From the NCBI GenBank assembly GCA_045837725.1, contig JBEWZL010000076.1:124001-188000 (forward strand): a stretch of 64,000 nucleotides of DNA, read 5' to 3'. Position numbers and translations under genes: made by a program. This DNA is from Vermamoeba vermiformis. Lineage: Eukaryota. This document shows, piece after piece, positions 38,401 to 49,277 of this stretch. How positions within the stretch are numbered: position 1 is the first letter of the stretch; each line of letters begins with the position of its first letter. The notes under the pieces are model-generated. The model ran no database searches, had not been told where the DNA came from, and was given only the letters and a program-made list of their open reading frames with translations.

Positions 38401-39384
38401 CAAAAAGAACGTATTTTTAGTGCGTCATGCTGAGTCAATTGCTAATCGTTGGTACGGCTACAAAAAACCCATCTCGATCTTGGATCCGAGAATTTCCGAA
38501 GCAGGTGCGTAACACGAATATAACCGTAGAGATATATATTAATAATGAAATGTCAGGCGAGAAGAGTTTAGCGCAATTACGTGAGGCTACAGCACCATCA
38601 ATTCAAAATATGAAAATCGATCTGATTTTTGTCTCGCCTCTGACTCGTGCTTTGCAAACTTGCTTAGGAATTTTCGAACAAGCTGCCTTAGCTCAGGTAT
38701 TGTACAATACAGATTTCTTTTACGGTTTCGTTTTTGTCATTGTTTGAATCTGGATTCGTTTTGTACTAACTTAATTATTTTTCTAAGAATATCCCAATCA
38801 TCGTCGACGAGCGCATTAGCGAACACTTAGCAGATATCAGCGATATTGGCAGACCTAAATCAGCGCTCATGAAAGAGTTTTTGTGCCCGCAGTTGAAGTG
38901 GGACAAACTCAAAGAACTTTGGTGGTACACGCCTCAGGGACCTGTAAGTATATCATGTCTTAGTACCTATAGTACTACATTCAGTGCTGTATATGATATT
39001 CTTGCCTGTCCTTATTAATCGTTTCTTTTACTAGAGCGAATTGACTCCGCCAAACATAACGCAAGTAGCCAAAGAACCAATTGAACACTTTAAGTACGTA
39101 ATATTCGAATCACATCTATTTATTGAGCTAAAAAATAATAACTTAAAATTGTTGTCGAAGAGAAAGTTGTCGAACAATTAATTTTCGTAGCATTTATTCA
39201 GGTGATAATAGTGACAGTAGCTTATTCTATATTTTCTAGGCACCGCTTGACAAGCTTTTGGAAAGATTTGGTCGCTCGCCCTGAGATGAACATTGCCGTG
39301 GTGGCGCATGCGGGAGTGCACAGAGTACTGTCAAGAAAAGAAGCAAAGTTAAGAAACTTGGAGATATATCCTATGATAGTTTAA
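35420..39384 (+). CDS. Fusion protein: DUF1868-type 2H phosphoesterase + DUF218 (YdcF/ElyC) + ankyrin repeats + histidine phosphatase (PGM-like)
   Basis: In-frame spliced path: FKLDTDGSFKHFPGNT, HITI, HVTM, FFR|DMMDF; IILILG...NRLKKA...LTGG...SEA...EERAQNTVESA...VITSDFHLPRA; GRTPLHVLA, RPLHIAAAKG; FLVRHAES, VSPLTRALQT, DERISE, VVAHAG. Confidence 0.8.
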
Positions 39385-39642
39385 AAGGACTATTTAATAT
39401 AACAATAACAGCTGTAGATACAACGAACAAAAAGCACTTCAATCCTAACTATTTCTACGTTATTTTTCGGCGTTAAATCGTGCTTACCATTTTAATTCTA
39501 TAATCATATAACAATATTCCCTTACATTTAATTTACTAGTCCATTACTTTACAAATTCGATTCAAAGATAGATTTTGTTCGAAGCGTTTTCTTCCTTTAT
39601 AATCTTTTTGTATCTCAATATATAACCACGAATATACTCAAC

Positions 39643-41873
39643 ATGATATCTCATAAGAGTTCATTGTCGAAGATCAGCGCGACCAAGCTGTTGTCTTCTA
39701 TGGAGTACGTATTGTAGCGGATGAAAATAGATCTTCCGTATTTACTCGTCAAATATTCTAATAAAATTCGTCATAATTATAGCCCAGGTGTTCAATTGAA
39801 GGGACAACCAACGGAGCGAGCGAGCATCGAATTACTGCGAGATCCGAATTTAACCCTTGATAAGGCGTTAACAGATGTGGCGCTGATGGCCGGCTTTAGA
39901 GAGTTTTTACATAGTATTAAAGCCAATGAAGCGTTGTCGTTTTGGATCGAAACGGGTAAGTCTTTAAACTCCTCGTTAAATAATATTAAAATATTTATTT
40001 AGAGCTGTACCTGACTATCCCCGCAAAACTTATGATGAAAAGAGCCAAAGAAATATGGGAAAAATACTTTAACAAGAACTCGCCCTATTTTATGTATATA
40101 GACGATTTAGACCCCGAGGTAAAATTCGATTAATTAATTTTGGCTCGATCTAATCCGCTGGTACAAAAAGGACTTAAAAAAGCAAGTTGAGGCCGGACCG
40201 AACCGCGATATATTCAAAAAGGCCCAAGACCAGACCTGGTATATTTTAACTATGCAATGCTGGGTCAGCTTCAAAGCCTCGCAGTATTGGGATGATCTGA
40301 TCAAGAGTACGTTTTCTAAATATTATGTCAAGTATTAATATACTCCTAGCTCGACCCCTATCGCCTAATACGGATACTAAGAAGCCACGAGTAAGAACTC
40401 AGACGCTAGATAATTTAGAGCAATTCTTAGCTCGTAGAACCTCCGTAACTACAACCGGCGAATTGGAGCTTGAGGACGTCATCTATAGCAAAGACCTGCT
40501 TATAAGCTTCATGGAGCACCTCACTAACCTCAACGTATCGTATTTGTTGGAATTTTCTTTGGATGCCGGTACGTTTTTTTCAGATCTCATTCCAAAGAAT
40601 ACTAATTATTAATCGACGGATTAGACTGCTTTGCTTTACAACCACAAGATGATGGTATTAAAGAGCGAGCGATAGCATTATGGGGCCGGTACACAAACTT
40701 TACGAACTCGATCTTCCCTAGCGCAAGAATGGATTTCCAAGTAATACCGAGATATGCTCAAATACGTCTTATTAACGAATATTATACAGGATTGGGCACA
40801 ACAATTGCATTCTAAACCAACGCCAAAGTTATTTATGGATATTCGAAACTTCTGCTGGTTCCAGCTGCACAACAAATACTTCCCCGACTTCCTCAACAAC
40901 ATCGTTAAAAAGAACTACCTCGATAATGTCAATGTCCACTATAAGAACAAATTCGTCATTGGGCTCGCTGAGAATCTCGTACAATTAAGGTAATTTCCGA
41001 ATTTTTTAAATAAGCAGAAGTAATGCTATATTATCGTTTTATTAATATTTATGAATATTTTAGGCTGTCGCAAGGCTTGGTGCCTAAAAATAAGCTGACG
41101 TCGCTTTGGCGAAGATTGTTCGAGTACAAGATCCTCCACAAAATCCTCAAGGTTCAAGATTTGATCGATCGACGTCTATTTGGTACTTTTAAGGGATTTT
41201 TATATTCTCTATACGCGGAGGAATATTTGGAATTTTGGCTTGAAGTTGGTGAGTTCCGCTCGGATTTACGCCTCATGATTACGTGTACGGCCGAACTAAC
41301 TATAGAATTCGTAGAGCTATATAAATTAGAGCCGCAAGTTAATAGGCGCGTGACTGGCATGGAAATTTACAAAAAGTTTTTGGATCCTAAGAGCGAAACT
41401 GCGTTGTCGATAGATGGCACCAAGCCCGAGGTAAAATATCTTGATATCGATAAGGTCATATTCAAGTGATACTAACTATAATATTTGTAGGCTATCAAGT
41501 CTAAAATCGAGAAAGAAAATCCAGTGCCGCTGGATTTGTTTGATAAGGCTCAAAATGCGGTCTTAGCGCTGTTTAGAACCAATTTCTTCGGTTCATTTTT
41601 GCAATCAAAACTGCTAAAGGAGCATTTGGAGGGTAAGAATAGTGACTCACCGCAATGCTGACGTTGCAAGATCCGATCGAGTAACTGATTCTTGTTTGTA
41701 GGTCATGATAACACCTTGGAGCCGAAGCCTACGGACCACGTGAAAGAATACAAATATTGGTAAGTATTTGAATAATAATTAAGCTGATCTAGCGGCGTTA
41801 TGAATAATTACGTAATTATTGACTGGATTTCAATTCTTAAAGGCACGATAAAAGCGCCAGTGAAGATCTATAA
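39643..41873 (+). CDS. Protein with three tandem RGS (regulator of G-protein signalling) domains
   Basis: RGS1 GFREFLHSIKANEALSFW...AKEIWEKYF...IFKKAQ; RGS2 SFMEHL...LEFSLDA...YFPDFL; RGS3 FKGFLYSLYAEEYLEFWLEV...EIYKKFL...LFDKAQ...SFLQS. Confidence 0.82.
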
Positions 41874-42200
41874 GAAGGGTTCATTGGATATTTGCAATCA
41901 AGTATTAAATAAAATCAAACCTTTAACCGCGCCGTTGAATTCTGGAGCCACATCCGTCGTGTAAATACGAATTGTAAGTCATACGCGGAACGCAGATTAT
42001 TTTCGCCGTTGCTCCGGGTGTTGACGTAGCAGATTTTCCGAAAATACCATCAAAAAGCACAAATTATGAGTCAGCTTTTGCCGTTCTGTTTTATGATTGG
42101 TCAGATTTCGCCGCGTGCCTGACATAAAAAGCTGTTTCTGTGCGTCTGTTAAACAAAGTAAATCACGGTGAACACAACACACTAGATACCATAAACAAAC

Positions 42201-43171
42201 ATGTACGCGTTGAAAATCAAGTTAGGCAAAGTCACTCGCAGAGTCTCGTTGAATGCAGACGAGACTTCGTTCGATAAGCTTAAAGAAACCCTCAAGAGAT
42301 TGTTCAGCAACGAATTGACCACTGATGCTTTCGTTGTGAAGTACAAGGACGATGAAAATGACCTCATTACGGTAAGATTTGGATTTATTAATTTTGATCG
42401 AGCATGCAAATTCGAAAATTCACTGTGTTACCAGAATCTATTGTTGGTAACACGAGGAATATCAATATAATAATATCTAAAATTTCCCTATGCTGTATTG
42501 TTCAGAAGATCTGAATTCTGAACTTTCCTTATTTTCAGATCAACACCGACGACGAGTTGAAAGAGGCCTTTAACGTGCAAAAAGAAAAGAAGCTCATTAG
42601 ACTCTTAGTCATCGTGCCTTCTGCCCAATCAGATGAGCCTGAATGCTGCTTTGGCAAGTTCATCCAAAAGGCACGCAAATGCGCTCAAGCGAACGGATGG
42701 TGCAATAACAGATCTGGCCAACAAGGCGCTCCTTGTGGTTGGGCTAAGCGTCGTCCTCTTTTGCTCGCTGGCTTGCTCTTCATGTTGTTCTGCCGCTGCT
42801 CATTCTTCTTCATCTTCTTGATCTTCGCTGGCATCGCTGCGTGCAAGATCGTGCGCAAGATCCGTGGTGGACAATGCGGCGCTTACAATGCCCGTGCCTG
42901 CCGCTGGGCTTGCCCCGTCCAGAACTCTTCAGCACCCGCTGCTGCTCCTCAACCCGCCGTTAACAACAACGCCACATCCAACTCCAACATTAGCAACAGC
43001 GCCAGTTCTTCATTGAACCAAAGCAGATCTGGCAACACCAAGTTTGAACAAATGTTGGCTACCTTAGAAGATATGGGCTTTGGTGATAGAAACGCGAACA
43101 TTCGTGCTTTAGTTGAGACTCGCGGAGATTTGACTGAAGCTGTTGTTCGTTTGACTGCTCAACGCAACTAA
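42201..43171 (+). CDS. PB1 + Cys-flanked hydrophobic membrane segment + UBA protein (p62/NBR1-like ends)
   Basis: PB1 with basic ALKIK and OPCA motif VKYKDDENDLIT|INTDDELKEAF; RRPLLLAGLLFMLFCRCSFFFIFLIFAGIAACKIVRK; UBA MLATLEDMGFGDRNANIRALVETRGDLTEAVVRL. Confidence 0.85.
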
Positions 43172-43338
43172 GTTGAACTTGTAGTTTTTGTTTATAGATA
43201 AATTGTAGATAGTTTACAGCACTTTCGTTAGTTCCAAACTCTTTTGATCTGTTTACGAAGCACATCCACTTCGGAGTTACCGTTCCCCTAATTATTAACC
43301 CTTCCCCATTCCCGTTTTATTATTTTAAATGTAGTAAA

Positions 43339-43876
43339 GAGTGCTTGTGGCGATGAGAGCATTCCGGTTAAAGAATGATAGACACCCACACTCATAAAGA
43401 CTCTTGGCGTCCGAGTTTAGGCAGGTATGTAAGGACATCCAAGAGCCGAGTAGATTGTAAGGCGTATTAGCGAAATTTATCGAGTGTCGGACGAGCTGTA
43501 ATATTTCTGATCCAATCAAGTTTTGTTGTGGGTCTCATTCCCCCCCCCCCAACAGAAAAGTTAAAATTAAAAGTATAGGTAGACAGACCAGCGCTAGGGC
43601 AATATCATATCGCATAGCCCTTTCGAACATAGATTTTGCCTATATATTAAATACAAAAATGGAATTTTTTTTGCTGTGAGTCAATTGAAATTTTTAAATT
43701 TTTACGTATACTTATCTATTTTTTTTAGTCCCGTCTCGCACTCCCTTTTGATTTCGATTTGAGCTATATTTATTGTTTGTTATGAGCTGAATAGTGTTCT
43801 ATGATTTGCTTGAGGGTGATTTGTTTTGAATTCTCACGCGATTGTGCTATATTGTGATCGTGAGGGGCGAGATGGG
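43339..43876 (+). ncRNA. Candidate long structured ncRNA or RNA element with pseudoknot (unassigned)
   Basis: Series of 6-11-bp helices, G-U pairs consistently favouring the plus strand; see findings for coordinates. Confidence 0.4.
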
Positions 43877-43939
43877 TTGGTGTGATTGCTAAGTTTCCAG
43901 GGAAAGATGATGCGAGGGGTGCGGAGGGGTGAGTTTTTT

Positions 43940-44755
43940 TTGTTTTGGCGGAGATGGATTATTAAGGTGTTTTAATTATATAAATAATTATTGTAAATTT
44001 ATAAAAGAATTAATATATTAAAAAAAAAAATAAATAAGAAGATATATATATAATAATAATATATATAATTTATAATTTTATTTTTAAATGAATAAAGATT
44101 TTATTTTTTTTATCATTTGAATATTTTTAAATAATAATGAAATGTAAAAATTTTATTGAAAATTGATTAAGTATAGAAAAAAGTAGAGCTATAGAATAAT
44201 TTGGGAGCAATTTTATGAATTGTATGTGTTTATAGTAGTATGATATTTATATATAATATAAAATAGGATAGAAGATTAGAGATTTGCGATACCAATGCAA
44301 ATTTAATTGCTTAAAAAACGCAGATAGTGATATAGGGAAATTAAACTGCGTATAGTGAATATATTGAAGCAGAGGGATTTTTAAAGTTTAAAAGAAGATA
44401 TGAGAAGAAATTATGAAGAAAAAAGAGAGTAATTAAAAGTAGATTTAATGTACCAAAAAAGTTAGAAAAATATGTAAGAAAATGTAGTAATAATATGCTA
44501 TATTAAAGATATAGAAAGAGTTTTATAAGGAAAATAGGAATAAGAAAAATAAAGAATTAAATTTAAATAAAAAAAGAGATATATTTTTTAGTTTGTGTTA
44601 TGCTATTATATTAGATGAAAAAGATTAATTAAGAAAAATAAGAAAAAAAGAGAGGAAGAAGAGAAAAAATGATTGTAAGGAGAAGAAAAAGAAAAAGAAG
44701 TAGGGAAGAAAGGAGGAGAAATTTTACTTTCTGCAAAACCAAATTAAATTTATTA
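43940..44755. other. Extremely AT-rich, C-depleted, purine-skewed low-complexity tract
   Basis: About 17 C by my count in 43981-44720; A/G-rich plus strand; no listed ORF; lies between convergent genes. Confidence 0.85.
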
Positions 44756-44900
44756 ACATACGTAATGCATACATTGCTTATGAACTATGATGAAAATGAA
44801 ATTTCGTCGGAAGACGATTTCACCGAGTTTATTTGATCCGTTAAATTGGTCATTACAACTACTTGTAGGTGCTCGAGTAAAATTGAATTGTATTAAGTAA

Positions 44901-46702
44901 TTACGAAAAACCCTGCGGAGGGTGAACATTGCTTGGTACAGGAGGCACCGTCCTTGGTCGTTTTGCGACATGTATAGCATCTTCTACGGGCCGGTGTGCC
45001 ATCAGACTTGCTTGCGTTGGAGGTACGTGCACCGGGCGAAGTTTCCAAGTCCTAACGAGTTGCCTTGGCAGCCCGTTTTGTTGATGCGACGCGGGACCTG
45101 GAGGGCCTTTTGGTTGTGCTGCCGGACCTGCACCCTGCTTCGGTTGCATTGTCGGTGGCATTGGCTGCTTTGGTGGCGTGCCTGGGGGTGGCGGAACTTT
45201 AACGGCAGCAAGGGGAGGATGAGTCTGTTGTTGCGGCTCAGCGGTGATGGGCAGCAATGAAATCTCAAACGTGAACACTCCATCGTGCTTTGCGGGCTCG
45301 AGCATCGTCGGATCAGGAATGCTGCCAAAGTAGACAGGCGCATTGCTCGTCCATTCCAGCACCATCTCGCCGTCACCGTTCATCAGTGCAATGCGCATTT
45401 TGAAGTGTTTCGTCTTACTACTCCTCAGTACGAACACGATGTCGCCCTTCAACTTCGCTTTGAAAACTTGACAAGCAAACAACCTACATGATACAATAGA
45501 GCTTAGTCGAGCCCTTATTCTAGATGTTAGTTAAGTATTAGCGTACCATTGAAGCCCACAAAACTCAAATTCATGAATGGCGTTGTGGGTGATGACGAAA
45601 GTAAACTTTCGTTCTTCAGGAGTCAACGTAGCCAATGCGACTTCTTCGTTCTTCTTGTTTTTTAACAGCTCTAATATGGCATCTGAATCGAACAACGAAT
45701 CATCGGCCATATCGATTAAGGCTCGTAACGGAAAGCCAGTGAAGTTGATATAACTCATGAGTTCTTTAGCCAAGGGCATTCGTTCTTCAATTGAAGCTTT
45801 CATCCAACGCACCAAGTGTTTGTAACTGCGCTGCGGCATCGACTGGCCCGATCTCATAATAAATTCTCGGAAAAAGTCGCTCGATAAATTTCCAGTACAT
45901 TTCCAGTTCTCTACTTCAATAAGGATGTCGCTATAGTGTATATTATTAGTACTCATATCCAATAGAACCGTGGTACTTACTACCATAAGTTATTGAGAGT
46001 TCTTTCTTCAAATAACGGCCCTGGAGTTTGGCAGATCAGATCAACCATGAACAGCTTCTGAGATGCATTCATCTGATTAAAATTCTTCTTAAATAACTTG
46101 ACGCACGAGCTCTTCATAGCATCAAGTTGAAAATATTCTGCAGCAGGAATCACTTCCAAGATCTGCTCGTTGTTTTCGATCTCGATCGCTTCGTAGTAGA
46201 GGTACTTCAAAATGCAGTCCAAAGTCTTTGCGCTAACATCTGAAAGTCTGACAACACCGTCTGATACTTCTTTACCGTTCATAGCGAATAACTACAAATA
46301 AGGGAATAAGAATTGTGAGCCGATCTGATTGCTGGAACGAACTTAGTAATGAAATTAAAATTGAACTAGTAATAGGATAAATTCTCAATTGATATATCGA
46401 TGTTGAAAGAATAATGCGGTATTACTCACTGCTTGGAAGTACGGGCATCTCTTCATCAATAATTTGTGGACGTTCCTTTCAATCTCTGCATTCTTCTCAT
46501 TTAGAGTAATGATCTTGAAGTCTAAGAGAACAATATTAGGCAATCCTTCGTCTTTTTCTGCGAGTTTCAAGTTTCATCCATCCGCAGTAATCTTACCTGA
46601 ATCTCGGCCAGTTTCGAGTAACTGCTTGTTGTACTCTAGAAATTCCGCTCATTAGTAACTAGTCTATGTTATCTATATTATCGTACCTTTCAAATCGCTC
46701 AT
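44901..46702 (-). CDS. BTB/BACK protein with Pro/Gln-rich C-terminus
   Basis: LLETGRDS|DFKII...VHKLLMKRCPYFQA|LF...VRLSDVSAKTLDCILKYLY...AAEYFQLDAMKSSC; BACK-like LVRWMK...ER...ELMSYINF; Pro-rich tail. Confidence 0.85.
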
Positions 46703-46979
46703 TGTTGTTACGTTGTTTCTCGAGTCCAAATTGAATTACGAATAAACGTTCCAAATTTAAAAACGTTATGTGCGTTACGAATAAGTGATCAGCCATTTTG
46801 GTTTGTTAAGTAAAGAATAGTTGAATAGTAATTATGCCAAAGTTTGCGATCAAATTCAATTCCTTGGGATCTGATCCAGTAACTAAAATTGAATTCAATT
46901 CTGATTTGTCGTTTGTATAATTTGATTTGTTAACCTAAAATTATTTTATAATATTATACAAAATTGAACATACTTGGTA

Positions 46980-49277
46980 TTAATCTTGGTCGGATCGGAC
47001 TGAAGAAGCATTACCAGATGAGTAAGACGTCGTATGACGATGACCAGTGAACTGAAGCTGCGAACCATTTTGAGATCCGTTTGACTTCGTCCTCGACATA
47101 TCCGTTGAAGTGCCGTAATACGAGCAAATCGAGCGCGGTTCGTGGATCGCGAGGATCTGCATGAGACTCACAAACGTTATGCCAAAGAAGCATGCGAACC
47201 ATACTCCAAAGTAGCCCCATGGTATCCAGAAGGTATCAGTCAAGCCTCCAATCGTTACAGAAACGAGCCAGATCACAACTCCGGCAATAAGGGAGTAAAT
47301 GAACTTGGAGGTCTAAATGAAGTATAAGTATTTCGAAGAGAATGGTAATGACGTATATATTATAATAAAGACTTCTCTTAACGAATTTAAAGAAAATAAG
47401 AATTCACATCCGTTGTTTTGTAACGGACGAGTACGTAAACAAGCGAATCAGCTCCACTTACTCTGGTAAGCCTCTTGACTCTATTAGATGCCATTAACTC
47501 CTTCGAGGCCTTTTGCATCAGCTTAGTTAAGCGCAGCCCAGTAATCGAATAAAAGATGCAGCAAGCTCCAGCGATGATAATGTAGCAGACTCCCATAACA
47601 AGTCTGAACGTGTTAAGATTGAGTCCAAGTGCGCGCAGTAGACTAGCTACGAGCTCTAGGGCCAAGATAACCGCAAAAATGCACCAGAAGGGTATTCTTA
47701 GGCGCGATAAGAAGCAATTGATTTTCATCGAGGTCTTCGTCATTAACTCGTGCCTAAAATATTTGACATTATATATTGTAGGTAACAGGATCAAACTTAA
47801 TTCTATTTAAAGCAATTCAATTCATGCTATTCATTCCGTGGCACGTTAACCAAATTAGGAAATGCCTAAATTCGACGCTCTGACTTACCAATAAAAGCTA
47901 ACCAGCAACAAGTTGATGATAACAAAAGGCCAACTTGTCGTAAAGAGCATTTGACTCGCAATGTACGGCAGAACTGCGCGAGATTGGAGCGGATCTACGG
48001 CACTGGCCACAAAACGGACTAAGAAAGAAAATTGGGAGTTAACTCGTATTACTATAATGACACTATATAGATGACATACTTGTATTCGCAACGATCTCCA
48101 TAATAAGGATCGTTTGCGGGATCGATTCTTGACAACCTTTTACTCGCACAAACATGACCAGTTTGTACGCAGCAAGTACGATGCATGTTGCAGTGAATGC
48201 AGACATGAATACTGAATAGAATATCATCGCCCCCGACAACATGGACGCATCCCAAGGATTGACATCTGGAAGTCGAGATTAAAATCTTAATCGAAAGAGT
48301 TTCATGTAAGATAAAAGACATATTCGTGACTCTAATACATGATATTATAACATTACGTACCAGTAGAAGTAATTCTAACGGTTACGTTTCGACGTTCTTC
48401 TTCGATCCATTTTTCTAACAGGTCGTACGTTGGTTGAGATACAATTACAGTTGGCAACAGTACGTCAAAATATGTCTCAAGACCGCGGACATAATTATAT
48501 AGGCCCGGAATGTCCACTACAAAGAAAAGTAAGCTCAGATCGAAAAAGCTGTCAAACTCGATCCAATTGAAATTCCATTTTTGGCAATAACCGGCCGCAC
48601 GCGCGGCCCGTTAATATCAAATACTGTAATAATTTTATGATTTTTACTTACGCGGCGAATGTCCCGTCGCCACCGCAACTCCTGCCGCTTTTCGATTTAC
48701 CAGTTCTGCTATTCGTGAATATTCTTGATCTTCCAGTCGCATCAATACTATTCTATTTAATATAAAATTAGCATTAAATACTAATTATTGGCATTTACGA
48801 ACTTTTGTTCGACATCTGTGTCGTTTATAGACCCCAGCTCCGCAACGACATCGAAAACCCATTCTTCGGGACCAAACCATATTAATCGCGGTGTATTAAA
48901 GGTCTGTAGGATAAACAAATTAGACGTGGGGTTCAAGCGTCAAAAAAAATCTTCGTCACAAACCAGGATGCACATCCAAGATCGTTCGAAAACAAATCTG
49001 AAATACGTATTTAATGTAATTTGCATAAAATACCAAAAATGAGCATATGATAATAACTTGAAATGAACTACACTTACAGTGACTAGATCCTCAGGCGCCA
49101 ATACTTCCATCGACTGAGCTGAACTGAACAGCAAGCCTGAAGAATATATATTTGTCAATATTTACATAAATATACAATGCGTATAATCAGATTCGAAGTT
49201 GTTCCAATATGATTCAATAACGTACACATGTAACTTAACATTAGGACGCATCCAGTCCACCGCACTTGCTCTTTCAT
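46980..49277 (-). CDS. PA-like ectodomain + 7TM receptor-like protein, paralog 5 (inverted, ~17 kb from the tandem array)
   Basis: MKEQVRWTGCVLMLSYM|CLLFSSAQSMEVLAPEDLVT|TFNTPRLIWFGPEEWVFDVVAEL...RKAAGVAV...LLPTVIVS; same 7TM core and intron positions. Confidence 0.85.

Noticed and set aside
43401-43493. HDV-like ribozyme or group I intron interpretation of the pseudoknot
   Set aside because: No L3/P1.1 or J4/2 consensus and no P/Q/R/S elements; kept only as an unassigned structure.
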